Shown one piece after another: positions 1 through 9,987 of a DNA stretch of 64,000 bases. Made by a program: the position numbers and the translations under genes. The stretch's first letter is position 1, and each line of letters opens with the position of its first letter. The notes below the pieces were generated by a model. The model was not told where the DNA came from and searched no databases. It saw nothing but the letters and a program-made list of their open reading frames with translations. Origin of the DNA: an uncultured Gemmatimonadaceae bacterium (GTDB taxonomy: Bacteria > Gemmatimonadota > Gemmatimonadetes > Gemmatimonadales > Gemmatimonadaceae); contig CAWBOC010000002.1 in assembly GCA_963790305.1 (NCBI GenBank), forward strand, positions 32,001-96,000, in the 5' to 3' direction.

Positions 1-185
1 ACGCGCTCGATCTGGAGCGCGCGATCGCCCGCCTTCCGCGGGGGGCGCGAACGGTGTTCGTGCTCCATGACGTGGAAGGGTATCGGCACGGGGAGATCGC
101 CGCGATGACCGGCCTCGCTGAAGGAACCTTGCGTGCGCAGCTGTGTCGCGCGCGCCGACTACTGATGGAGATGCTCGACCGATGA
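1..185 (+). CDS. ECF RNA polymerase sigma factor, C-terminal part (truncated by window start)
   Basis: Frame 3 reads ALDLERAIARLPRGARTVFVLHDVEGYRHGEIAAMTGLAEGTLRAQLCRARRLL, a sigma-70 region 4 of ECF type; stop TGA 183-185 overlaps the next ATG (ATGA). Confidence 0.9.
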   Translation, partial: ALDLERAIARLPRGARTVFVLHDVEGYRHGEIAAMTGLAEGTLRAQLCRARRLLMEMLDR

Positions 186-835
186 CGCACCATCTCGATG
201 ACCAGCTGCTGAGTGATCTGCTCGACGACGGCCTCGACGCGTCGGCGCGTTCCGCGGTCGAGGAGCACGTGGCGGCCTGCGACGCGTGCTTCTCGCGCCT
301 GCAGCGCATGCGAATGCTCGTCGCGCACGCGGGATCACTGCCTCGCATGATGCCGGCCCCGGCCGGTGAGTGGCAGCGGATTCGCTCGCGGCTGCAGGCT
401 GGCGCCCGCCTGGGATCGGCACCCTGGTGGACGAACCGAAGTGCGCTGCTCGCGGCGGGACTGGCGCTCGTCATCGCCTCATCGGGCATCACGGCGCTGG
501 TGGTCGGCGGAAGGCGCGATGGCCCCGTACAGACAGTGGCCAGCTCGGCGACCACCGCCCCGTTGACGCCTCGGCTCGCGGCACTGGAGCACGAATACAC
601 GACGGTCACGCGCGATCTCGAGCGTCAATTGGCCGAGCGGAAGCATACGCTCGCGCCTGAAACAGTCGCGGCGGTCGAGCGTAGCCTGCGAACGATCGAA
701 GAGGCGATCGCGGAGGCTCGTGAGGCGCTCGCCCGTGACCCGGGAAGCGAAACGTTGGCACGGCTACTGGTGGCCGGCCACGATCAGAAGGTCGAGCTGC
801 TTCGGCACGCCACGCGGCTCGCGACGCAAAGTTGA
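182..835 (+). CDS. Zinc-finger (zf-HC2/ZAS) membrane anti-sigma factor
   Basis: HVAACDAC (HxxxCxxC) motif, one TM helix (LLAAGLALVIASSGITALVV), C-terminal helical domain; translationally coupled to the sigma gene. Confidence 0.85.
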   Translation: MTHHLDDQLLSDLLDDGLDASARSAVEEHVAACDACFSRLQRMRMLVAHAGSLPRMMPAPAGEWQRIRSRLQAGARLGSAPWWTNRSALLAAGLALVIASSGITALVVGGRRDGPVQTVASSATTAPLTPRLAALEHEYTTVTRDLERQLAERKHTLAPETVAAVERSLRTIEEAIAEAREALARDPGSETLARLLVAGHDQKVELLRHATRLATQS

Positions 836-846
836 GGGAGCATTCC

Positions 847-1746
847 ATGAGACGCACTTTGTTCTTTCTCGTCCTGGCGGCATGCCTGACGAGCACGGCA
901 GCGGCCCAGAGTCGCTTCAACCGACGACTTCCGCTCGCGCCCGACGGAACCATTCGCATCCACAACCTGGCGGGCATCGTGCGACTGCACGGCTGGGATC
1001 GGGACAGCATCGCCGCCACTGGTGAGGTCGGTCGCGGCAGCAAAGGCTTCTTCATGGGAGGCGACCGCACGGCGGTGAAGCTCGGCATCGACATTCCGAG
1101 CGACGATGTGACCACCGCCGAGCCGTCGACGCTCGACGTCTGGGTGCCGGCGGGGAGTCGAGTTCGCGTGAAGAGCACGCGCGGCGAGATCGTGGTCGAT
1201 GGCGTCACCGGCGCGCTCGATCTCGGATCGACGAGCGGCAACATCACCGTCACCGGGATCCCGCGTGAGCTCACGGTTGAGACAATGGACGGCGATATCG
1301 CGCTCGACGGCGCAATCGTCTGGCTCCGCGCCCGCTCGGCCGGAGGCGACATCACCGTGCGCGGGGGCGCCGAGGATCTGGTATCGGCGTCGGTGAGCGG
1401 TGCGGTGACTGTCACCGGTGGTCCGGTGCGCGCGGCACGGCTGGAGACGATGACGGGCAACATCGTATTCGAGGCGTCGATCGCGCGGGGCGCGGTGCTC
1501 GATCTCGGCACGCACTCGGGTGCCGTGCGAGTGCTTCTTCCAAAGGGGAGCACGCCCACGGTGGAAGCGACGACGGTCGCCGCTCCCATCGACAACAACC
1601 TCACACCGCAGCGCGCTCAGATTCGCGGCGATGGCCGCGAGCTCGCTCTGTCACTGGGCGGCGATGCCCGATTGACGGTCAGGTCGTTCAAGGGGGCGGT
1701 CACGTTGGGGTGGGGGGGACCGCCGCTTCGACTCGTAAAGCAATAG
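847..1746 (+). CDS. DUF4097 / putative adhesin beta-strand repeat protein, secreted
   Basis: Signal peptide; repeated STSGNIT/TMDGDI/SAGGDI/SVSGAV/TMTGNI/THSGAV units; third gene of the ECF operon. Confidence 0.8.
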   Translation: MRRTLFFLVLAACLTSTAAAQSRFNRRLPLAPDGTIRIHNLAGIVRLHGWDRDSIAATGEVGRGSKGFFMGGDRTAVKLGIDIPSDDVTTAEPSTLDVWVPAGSRVRVKSTRGEIVVDGVTGALDLGSTSGNITVTGIPRELTVETMDGDIALDGAIVWLRARSAGGDITVRGGAEDLVSASVSGAVTVTGGPVRAARLETMTGNIVFEASIARGAVLDLGTHSGAVRVLLPKGSTPTVEATTVAAPIDNNLTPQRAQIRGDGRELALSLGGDARLTVRSFKGAVTLGWGGPPLRLVKQ

Positions 1747-1819
1747 GGAACGGCGCGGCATTCAAGCACTGAGGGCACGACCGGCATCCGACCTATGAAC
1801 CCATTCGTGGAGCCTCAAT

Positions 1820-2356
1820 ATGGTACGCCGTTCTCTCAGTCTCGCCGCGCTCGCGCTCGTGACGCTCACCATCGCGGCCGCGGCGCCTGCACCGCTGGGA
1901 CCGCCGTGGATCTCGATCGAGTATCCGCCCAGCCCGTACGATGCCAACACGCGAGACGCCTTCCTGCTCGTACACACCTTCCACCATGCAACGCCGATCG
2001 GCGCGCCAGTGATTGGCAAGGCGGAAGGAATCGTCTCCGGCGAGCGGCGGACCGTGTCGCTCAAGTTCGGCGGCACGTCGCGCACGGGTGTGTATGCGCT
2101 CAACAAACAGTGGCCGTCGGAGGGAACGTGGGTGCTGTTCATCACCGCCAATCAGGGCCCTAACGACGACGTCACCGCGGTGGTCGAATTGGCGGCGGAT
2201 GGCCAGGTAGCCGCCGTGCGTGTCCCAACCGAGCGCCGCGGTTCCTGGAAGGTGCCGTCCGACGTGAGCGCCGCCGACCGTGAGAGCATCGTGAAGGCGC
2301 GGCTGGCGATGAATAGCGGGGAGAAGGGGGCAGTGGCGGCGAGGGCTCCCCGCTGA
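1820..2356 (+). CDS. Hypothetical secreted protein
   Basis: GGAG upstream of ATG, signal peptide, host-like codon usage; no family recognised. Confidence 0.75.
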   Translation: MVRRSLSLAALALVTLTIAAAAPAPLGPPWISIEYPPSPYDANTRDAFLLVHTFHHATPIGAPVIGKAEGIVSGERRTVSLKFGGTSRTGVYALNKQWPSEGTWVLFITANQGPNDDVTAVVELAADGQVAAVRVPTERRGSWKVPSDVSAADRESIVKARLAMNSGEKGAVAARAPR

Positions 2357-2369
2357 TGGGCCGACTGCA

Positions 2370-2459
2370 ATAACCACAGAGGCACAGAGGGCACTGAGGA
2401 CGGCAAACTACTAACCAGTAGTTTGCCGTCCTCAGTGCCCTCTGTGCCTCTGTGGTTAT
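2370..2459. repeat. Perfect 43-bp inverted repeat with CACAGAGG-type subunits (REP-like hairpin)
   Basis: ATAACCACAGAGGCACAGAGGGCACTGAGGACGGCAAACTACT (2370-2412), loop AACC, exact reverse complement at 2417-2459; lies between convergent genes. Confidence 0.95.
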
Positions 2460-3226
2460 GCAGTTCTGCCCAGGAGCACCGGAACTACCTCCGCAGCCTT
2501 CCCCCGCATCGACACCTCCGCGACCCTCGTAAGCGGCGTCTCCTCGGGATTCACCTCGATCACCACCCCGCCGCTGGCGCGCGTGCGCAGCGGCAGCGAC
2601 GCGGCCGGGTGGACCAGCGCGCTCGTTCCCACCACGAGGCACACGTCGGCGGCCGCGGCGGCCGCGTCAGCCCTCGCGAGCACGTTCTCGTCGAGCATCT
2701 CGCCGAACCACACCACGTCGGGACGCAGAGGTGCTCCACATCGCGCGCAGCGTGGAAGCGTCGCCAACGATGTGGCATCGACCGTCACGGGCTCGCTCCG
2801 CGCACCACAACCGGAGCACCGATCGCGAAGGAGGGAGCCGTGCACCTCGATGGGAAGCGCGGACGCAGGGTCCGCCTCGCCAGCCGCGTCACGAGCGGCC
2901 CGCGTGTGCAGTCCATCCACGTTCTGCGTCACGATGGTGACCTTCGCGCTGCGCAGCGCCCACTCGGCGAGCGCTCGGTGAGCGGCGTTAGGTACACAGG
3001 CGGCGACGAGCGTGCGACGCCACGAATACCACTCCCAGACCAATCGGGGATCGCGCGCAAAGGCCTCGGGCGTGGCCAGGTCTTCCGGGCGAAACTCCTT
3101 CCATAGCCCGCCAGCACCGCGAAAGGTCGGTACGCCCGATTCGGCGCTGACCCCGGCGCCCGTGAGGACGACGACGGCGCTGGCGTCGTGCAGCAGCTCG
3201 CCCGCGCGCGTGGTCGGGTCGATCAA
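2456..3226 (-). CDS. cobB: NAD-dependent protein deacylase (Sir2 family, class III)
   Basis: GAGVSAESGVPTFRG, TQNVDGLH, HGS, two CxxC, RPDVVWFGE, VGTS, VNPE; YxxR motif (YSWR) typical of desuccinylating sirtuins. Confidence 0.93.
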   Translation of the reverse strand: MIDPTTRAGELLHDASAVVVLTGAGVSAESGVPTFRGAGGLWKEFRPEDLATPEAFARDPRLVWEWYSWRRTLVAACVPNAAHRALAEWALRSAKVTIVTQNVDGLHTRAARDAAGEADPASALPIEVHGSLLRDRCSGCGARSEPVTVDATSLATLPRCARCGAPLRPDVVWFGEMLDENVLARADAAAAAADVCLVVGTSALVHPAASLPLRTRASGGVVIEVNPEETPLTRVAEVSMRGKAAEVVPVLLGRTA

Positions 3227-4128
3227 TCGCGGACGTGGCGCGTCACAAACGCCAGCACTCGCTCGAGAATCTCACGGGTTCGCGCGTCGTGATTGCGCTG
3301 ATCGAAGCCATGGTCACCGCGGCGGTGAAGCGCAAAGTCGATCTCCACGCGGTTGGCGACCGCCGCCCGCATGAACCGCTCGATCGATTCGTTGAGTCGT
3401 GGAATCGCGTCCGCTCCAGCCATCGCAAGAAAGATCGGCGGCTGATCCCCGGGCGCAACGGTCAGCAGCTGTGCGGGTGAATACCTCCGAGCCAGCGAGT
3501 CGACATGCGCGGCGGGGTGCGCCGGCCGGAAAGGAGACTGACTCCGCATGTGCTCGAGATCGAGATATGGATAAAAGAGCACCAGGCAGCGGACCCCGGG
3601 CATTCGCTCGCGCATGAACACGCTCGCCAGCGGTCCTCCAGCCGAATAGACAGCCACGCAGAGTCTCTCCGTATCGATCCCGAGCGTCGCCGCGTTCGCA
3701 CGCACGTAGTCCACGGCCGCGGTGACGTCGCTCGCGGCCTCGGCGATGTTCTCGTCCGTCGTCATCCGATGATTGAAGACAACGCCAACCAGCCCCGCCG
3801 CCGTGGCGAGCCGGCCCCACGATCGGTACGATGGCCAGGTCGTTGGCAGCGGGCCGGCCTGCCGCGCCACCAATCCACCGTGCACGAAGATGAGTCCGGG
3901 TCGCCGTCCCGGTGCCGCGCCGGGTGGTCGATAGACATCCATGGTGAGCGCGCGAGCCACACCGTTGTCCGTGACGGTGCGATACGTGAGGCCGCGCTGC
4001 ACGACGGCGTTCCGCATCCCCGGCAGCTCGTAGCCGAGCACGTTCGCGCTCGTGTCGGTCTGCCCGAGGGCGGGTGACACCAGGCCGAGGGTCAACGAGA
4101 AAATCGGAAGAAAAGTCCTGAATGACAC
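3223..4128 (-). CDS. Secreted alpha/beta hydrolase (esterase/lipase-like)
   Basis: Signal peptide from GTG 4128; HGG oxyanion motif, YSAGG nucleophile elbow, HGF near the C-terminus. Confidence 0.8.
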   Translation of the reverse strand: MSFRTFLPIFSLTLGLVSPALGQTDTSANVLGYELPGMRNAVVQRGLTYRTVTDNGVARALTMDVYRPPGAAPGRRPGLIFVHGGLVARQAGPLPTTWPSYRSWGRLATAAGLVGVVFNHRMTTDENIAEAASDVTAAVDYVRANAATLGIDTERLCVAVYSAGGPLASVFMRERMPGVRCLVLFYPYLDLEHMRSQSPFRPAHPAAHVDSLARRYSPAQLLTVAPGDQPPIFLAMAGADAIPRLNESIERFMRAAVANRVEIDFALHRRGDHGFDQRNHDARTREILERVLAFVTRHVRD

Positions 4129-4250
4129 GGGTCCCCCGCGGGTTGGTTGGCGCCACACAATGGCGCGCGGAACACGAGCCCGGGCCAAACCCACCAAATC
4201 CTGACAAATGCACGCTTGCGACCCTTCCCGAAGGGGCCCTAAGGTGTGAC

Positions 4251-5983
4251 ATGGCCTTGGGCATCTTCGCCAGCGCTCGCCGCTCGCGATCCACTCTGCT
4301 CGTCGCGCTCCTCCTCCTCACGCTTGGCCTCGCCGCCGTGCTCGCGCACCAGGCGTACGATGCCACGCGCGACCACCGCATCACGGCGGAGCGCACGCTG
4401 CGCGACTACGCCGCCACCGCGGCGTGGGAGTTCAACGCGCACGCCAAGGAGGAGCTCTGGCAGGCGCTCGCATACGCGTTCCGCCCGTGCAAGGCAATCG
4501 AAACGACGAACGCTCGCCACGCGTCGCTTCCACCACCCGAGATCCTCGCAGCGGAAGCGAAGAAGCTCGAAGCGTGCGCGTGCACGCTCGTGCTCGACAC
4601 GGACTACTACTTCCTGGTCGACTTCCGCGACGGTCGCACGACCTTCGCCGGCGCGAGTGCCCCGGCGATGGGCCCGGAGTGGCTGACGGATACCGTCACG
4701 GCCCACGCGTCGACGTCGTACGAGAAAGGGTGGGAGTTCGCGACGATCTTCCACGGCGGCGGCCCTCACGCGCGCGCCATCGTCTACACCCTCAAGCGCG
4801 ACGCCGCGGGTGCACCGGTTGCCGCGTACGGCTTCGTCATCGATCCGCAGCGGTTCGGCGAGGCGGCGTATACGCGCGTGATGAAGAAATGGCAGCTGCT
4901 TCCGTACGCGCTGACGCAGGGGATGCCCAACGACTAGCTGCTACGGCTTTCGGTGTTGTCCGCGAACGGCGACGAGATCTACGGCTCCGCCGCCGACTTC
5001 AACGATGCCATCAGTGGGACGGCCGAGTGGAAGCCGTTCTTCGGTGGGATGATGACGCACGTCTCCATGCGACCCGGAGGCGGCGGAGCGGCTCGTCATT
5101 GGCGGCCTTCCACGCTCACGTCTGCCCCTGCTGCTCGGCGTCCTCAGCCATGACGGCGGCCCTCATCGTCGTCGCCGTCGTACAGCTGCGCCGCGAGGCA
5201 GAGCTGGCGCGGCTGCGCTCCGACTTCGTCTCGAGCGTGTCGCACGAGCTGCGCACGCCGCTCGCACAGATCCGCATGTTCGCGGAAACACTTCTCCTCG
5301 GTCGCGTGCGGAGCGAGTCGGAACGGACGCGCTCGATGGAGATCATCGATCAGGAGGCACGACGCCTGGCGCATCTCGTCGAGAACGTGCTGCACTTCTC
5401 GCGTGCCGAGCGGCAATCGCTGCGACTGTGTCCGGTGCCGACGCTGCTTGCCCCGCAAGTGCAGGAAACCGCCGAGTCCTTCGCGCCGATCGCGCGTGCG
5501 CGCCGTGCCGAGGTCCGCCTTGCCCTCGACGAGACCGTCACTGTCCGCGTCGATCGCAATGCGTTGCGACAGATGCTGCTCAACCTGCTCGACAACGCGA
5601 TCAAGTATGGGCCGGTGGGGCAGACGGTCACCGTCGGCGTTCGCGCCATCGGAGATCGCGCGCGCCTCTGGGTCGAGGACGAAGGGCCCGGCATCGAGAT
5701 GACACAGCGCGAGCGCATCTTCGAGCCCTTCTTCCGGATCGATCGCGACGCGAACTCCGCGATCGGCGGGAGCGGCATCGGTTTGTCGGTGGTTCGGGAG
5801 CTCGCGGTGATGCATGGCGGGCGGGCCTTCGCCGAGGCCGGCGAGCGAGGGGCTCGGTTCGTCATCGAGCTGGATCGTGTGCCTGACGAGTCCGCCGCCC
5901 TCCCGACACCCGAGGGTGAGCCGGCGCGCCGCAACGGCGGAGCGCCGTCCGACGAGCCGTCCCGTCTCAACGTTCAGGTGTGA
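4251..5983 (+). pseudogene. Sensor histidine kinase, interrupted (in-frame TAG plus two +1 frameshifts; pseudogene or assembly error)
   Basis: N-terminal TM and periplasmic domain from ATG 4251; TAG at 4935-4937; frame changes near 5077 and 5146; HisKA (SVSHELRTPL) and HATPase (NLLDNAIKY, DEGPGI, GSGIGL) intact downstream. Confidence 0.8.
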
Positions 5984-5988
5984 CTTCC

Positions 5989-6696
5989 ATGGAGACCTTG
6001 ATTCGCGATGCGAGAGTCCTCGTCGTCGAGGACAACCCGGACCTGGCGTTCGGACTGCGCAACAACCTCGAGATCGAGGGTTACGAGGTCGACGTCGCCG
6101 AGAGCGGGCCCGGAGGCCTGGAGCGAGCGCGCGAGGGGAATCCCGATCTCGTGATCCTCGACCTCATGCTCCCCGGCTTCGACGGCTATCGCGTGCTGCG
6201 CGCCCTGCGCGAGGACGGGCTCGGCATGCCGGTGCTCATTCTCACCGCGCGCGGTGAAGAGGCCGACAAGGTTCGAGGCTTTCGTCTGGGTGCCGACGAC
6301 TACGTGACGAAGCCGTTCGGCGTGCTCGAGCTGTTGGCGCGCGTGGAAGCGCTGCTGCGGCGATCACCAAAGCATCGAGCCGAGAACGGCGCGGCGGTCC
6401 ACGAGCGATTTGGCGAGGTCGATGTCGATATCAGCGCGCGGGCGGTGCATCGCGACGGGCAGGCGGTGTCCCTTACCCCAATGGAGTTCGACCTTCTCCT
6501 CGCGCTGTTGCGGCGTCGCGGCGCGGTGGCGTCGCGCATCGAGCTGATGAAGGAAGTGTGGGGATACCACGCATCCGTCGTGAGCCGGACGGTCGATACG
6601 CACGTCGCGGAGCTGCGACGCAAGCTGGAGGATGACCCCGCGGCGCCGCGGCACATCCTGACGGTCCGCAAGGCGGGTTACCGTCTTCAAACCTGA
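5989..6696 (+). CDS. OmpR/PhoB-family response regulator
   Basis: VLVVEDN, LDLMLP, LTAR, GADDYVTKPF receiver domain plus winged helix (RTVDTHVAELRRKLE, TVRKAGYR). Confidence 0.95.
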   Translation: METLIRDARVLVVEDNPDLAFGLRNNLEIEGYEVDVAESGPGGLERAREGNPDLVILDLMLPGFDGYRVLRALREDGLGMPVLILTARGEEADKVRGFRLGADDYVTKPFGVLELLARVEALLRRSPKHRAENGAAVHERFGEVDVDISARAVHRDGQAVSLTPMEFDLLLALLRRRGAVASRIELMKEVWGYHASVVSRTVDTHVAELRRKLEDDPAAPRHILTVRKAGYRLQT

Positions 6697-6712
6697 TGTT
6701 AAGGAGATGCAG

Positions 6713-7150
6713 ATGAAGAGATCGATTCTCGCGGTCGCCGGCGCGATCGTGGCGTTGTCGGCGTTCGTCTCCGTGAACGCCGCGCGGGACGCGGCCGAGC
6801 GGGAGGCGGTCGAGAAGCCGCTGAAGATGTACCTGTCGGGCGAGCCGGAGCAGCTCAAGCAGGCGTTCCATCCCGGCGCGACAATGTTCTTCGCTCGCAA
6901 CGACTCGCTGATCGCGGTCCCGATTCCCGAGTACATCGCCCGCGTGGAAGAGTCACGCGCGAAGGGTCCGCCGCCGAAGCGCATCGAGCGCATCGCGCAG
7001 GTGGACATCTCCGGGACCTCGGCGGTCGCGCGGCTGGAGCTCGAGTACCCCCAGCAGAAGCTCACCGACTACATGTCGCTGGTGAAGTACGGCGGCGAGT
7101 GGCGGATCGTGAACAAGATCTTTTCGCGGGAGAGTGTGGCGGCGAAGTAG
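6713..7150 (+). CDS. NTF2-like / putative lumazine-binding family secreted protein
   Basis: AAGGAG RBS at 6701-6706; signal peptide; AFHPGA, TDYMSLVK, WRIVNKIF motifs. Confidence 0.8.
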   Translation: MKRSILAVAGAIVALSAFVSVNAARDAAEREAVEKPLKMYLSGEPEQLKQAFHPGATMFFARNDSLIAVPIPEYIARVEESRAKGPPPKRIERIAQVDISGTSAVARLELEYPQQKLTDYMSLVKYGGEWRIVNKIFSRESVAAK

Positions 7151-7154
7151 CGAA

Positions 7155-7214
7155 GAATGCGGAATGCGGAATGAAGTGTACATGCACTGCGTCCGCATTC
7201 CGTATTCCGCATTC
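7155..7214. repeat. Inverted repeat made of GAATGCG heptamers
   Basis: GAATGCG-GAATGCG-GAATG (7155-7173) and CATTC-CGTATTC-CGCATTC (7196-7214), starting 4 nt after a stop codon. Confidence 0.9.
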
Positions 7215-7319
7215 GTCCTTACAGGCGCCTGACCCACCGCTGGCCAAAGCCCCACTCGGCCCCCACCCAATCGTCATTTTCGCCGCCTAGCGTTTCGCGT
7301 CCCTCATGGGAGCGAAACA

Positions 7320-9987
7320 ATGGACGCACGCGCTCGACTGCTCGTCATCCTCGCCGCCGCCGGCGGTGTCTCGGTGGCGCGCGCGCAGGATTCGGCTCGC
7401 GTACTCACCGCGGTGCGATTTCAAGGCGTCGTTCGCATCGACGCAGTGCTCGACGACAGCGCCTGGACATCGGCGCAGGTCGCGACTGACTTTCGGCAGC
7501 GGGAGCCGAGCGAGGGCGCGCCAGCCACGTTGGCGACCGAGGTACGCGTGCTGTGGGATGACGAGGCGCTCTACGTCGCCGCGCGCATGCGCGACCCGTC
7601 CCCGGACTCGATCGTCGCTCTCCTCGCCCGGCGCGACGAGATGACGCCGTCCGACGAGTTCTTCATCGGCATCGACGGCGACCGGGACCGGCGCACGGCC
7701 TACGTCTTCAGTGTCACGCCTCGTGGGACGCGGACCGACGTGCTCATCTACAACGACAACATGCGCGACCCGTCGTGGGATGCGGTCTGGCAGGCGGCGA
7801 CGCGCATCGACGAGACCGGCTGGACCGCGGAGATCCGCATTCCGCTGACACAGCTGCGCGTCCGGGGGGATCGACCCTGGGGCGTCAACTTCTTTCGATG
7901 GATCGCGCGCCGGCGCGAGGATACGCAATGGGCGCTCATTCCGCGCGCGTCGCCAGCCTGGGTATCCCACTACGGGGAGCTGCGCGGTGTGACGCCGGCG
8001 TCCGCGCCGCGCCGGCTGGAGATCGTGCCGTACACGCTAGGACGCGTGACGCGGGCGCCTGGCGTGGAGGCGAACCCGTTCCATCGCCGCATGCAACCGG
8101 CGGCGGCGTTCGGCGCTGACCTCAAGGCGGGCGTCGGTCCTTTCACGTTGACCGCCGCCATCAACCCGGACTTCGGCCAGGTGGAGGCGGATCCGTCGGA
8201 GGTGAACCTGACGTCGATCGAGACCTTCCTCCCAGAGAAGCGCCCGTTCTTCGTCGAAGGGGTCGACCTGTTCGACTTCGAGCTCGGGTACTTCTTCGGC
8301 TCCGAGAAGCTGTTCTACTCGCGTCGGATCGGGCGGCGGCCGCAGGCATCGGTGCCGGGTGATCCGGCGTACGTCGATGAGCCGGATGTCACCACGATTC
8401 TCGCTGCCGCGAAGCTGACGGGGCGCACCTCGGGGGGATGGTCGGTGGGACTGCTCGATGCCGTCACCGGAGAGGAGCGCGCACGGCTCGACGGAGATCC
8501 GAGCGTACCATCGACCGTACCCGTCGAGCCGATGACGAATTACACCGTCGCGCGCGTGATGCGCGACTTCAACACCGGACGCACCGTACTCGGCGCCATC
8601 GGAACGGCGATGCATCGGCGATTGAATGGCGTCGAGACGTTCTCCGATCTGCGTTCCGCCTCCTACGCCGGCGGCGTCGACGTCCGCCATCGCTTTGGGC
8701 AAGGCGGTCAGTATCACATGAACGCGTACGTCCTGGGGACGCATGTGCAGGGGAGCGTCGAGTCGATCGACGAGACGCAGCGGTCGTCGGCGAGATACTT
8801 TCAGCGGCCCGACGCTTCGCATCTCCGACTACGACCCGTCCCGAACCTCACTTTCAGGCGCCGGCGCATTCACCGAGATCTGGAAGTCGGGCGGCAGCTG
8901 GAGGTGGGGCGCCTCGGGCCGTCTGGTCACTCCTGGGTTCGAGGCCAACGACATCGGCTATCAGCCGGGCTCCGACTTCGTCTCGCACGCCAACTGGATC
9001 GGCTACGAGTCATACCGTCAGACGCGACACTTCCGGCGGTGGTGGTGGTACCTGAACACGCTCGCCTGGTGGAATACGGCCGGAGAGCGCCACGGGCTGC
9101 GCTTCTACATCAATAGCGAAGCCGAGCTGCCTAACGGTCTCGGGATGTTCGTGAAGCTGCAGCGTGATCTGGCCGGCCTGTCACCGACGGAGCTGCGCGG
9201 CGGGCCGTCGCTCTTCCGGCCGGCACGATCGCTGGTCCTGGCAGAGGTGTGGACGAACAACGCGCGCCGACTGAGCGGTTGGGTGAACCTCATGGGCTCG
9301 AGTGAGGACGATGGCGGTGCGCGGTCGCTGACGGTCCAGCCGAACGTGACGGTGCGACCCTCCAGTCAGCTTCAGCTCACGCTGGCCCCCGCGGTCACGT
9401 GGATGCGCAACCCGTGGCAGTACGTGGACGATCCCGAGGAGGAGGGGAGCGCGCACTGGGTAGTGGCGCGCCTCGCGCAGCGCACCGCGTCGCTGACCGC
9501 GCGACTCAACTACACCTTCACACCGGATCTTTCTCTGCAGATGTACGCCCAGCCCTTCGTGAGTGGCGGGGGTTATCGCGACTTCCGGCAGGTCGTCGAC
9601 TCGCGCGCGCCGAACGAGGCTGAGCGATTCCGCGCCGTTGCGATCGAGACACCTCCCAATGCGCGCGGGGGCTCATACCTCGCGGATCTCAATCACAATG
9701 GAGGGGAATTCACCTCATTGGACGATCCCGACTTCAGCGCGCGGCAGTTCACGTCCAGTGCCGTGCTACGGTGGGAGTATCGCCCTGGCTCGACGCTCTT
9801 CGTAGCGTGGAGCCAGGCTCGGGATGCGGGCGATCCCGTTTCACCTTTCCGGTTAGGCAGTGACGTGAAGCGCCTGTTCGGGGAGCGGCCGACAAACGCC
9901 TTGCTCGTGAAAGTCAGTTATTGGATGGGCGTCTGTAACTTGTACGGGCGCTTTTCCAGCGCCTCAGTGGCGTACGATCGCGCCTGA
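7320..9987 (+). CDS. DUF5916 protein (CBM9-like N-terminus plus probable outer-membrane domain), split by a +1 frameshift near 8826
   Basis: WDDEALYVA, GWTAEIRIP, NPDFGQVEADP, EKRPFFVEG, FYSRRIGR in the first frame; VLRWEYRPGSTLFVAW and KVSYW in the second; removing one C at about 8826 gives continuous ...PDASHLDYDPSRTSLSG. Confidence 0.8.

Noticed and set aside
2456..3226. Sir2 protein as an anti-phage (Thoeris/DSR-type) effector
   Set aside because: It is a stand-alone ~256-aa CobB-type deacylase with zinc-binding cysteines and no defence-gene neighbours.
4935..4937. In-frame TAG as pyrrolysine or stop-codon reassignment
   Set aside because: Many intact genes here end in TAG (1746, 7150, 12458, 53325), no pyl genes are present, and neighbouring frameshifts point to local error or decay.
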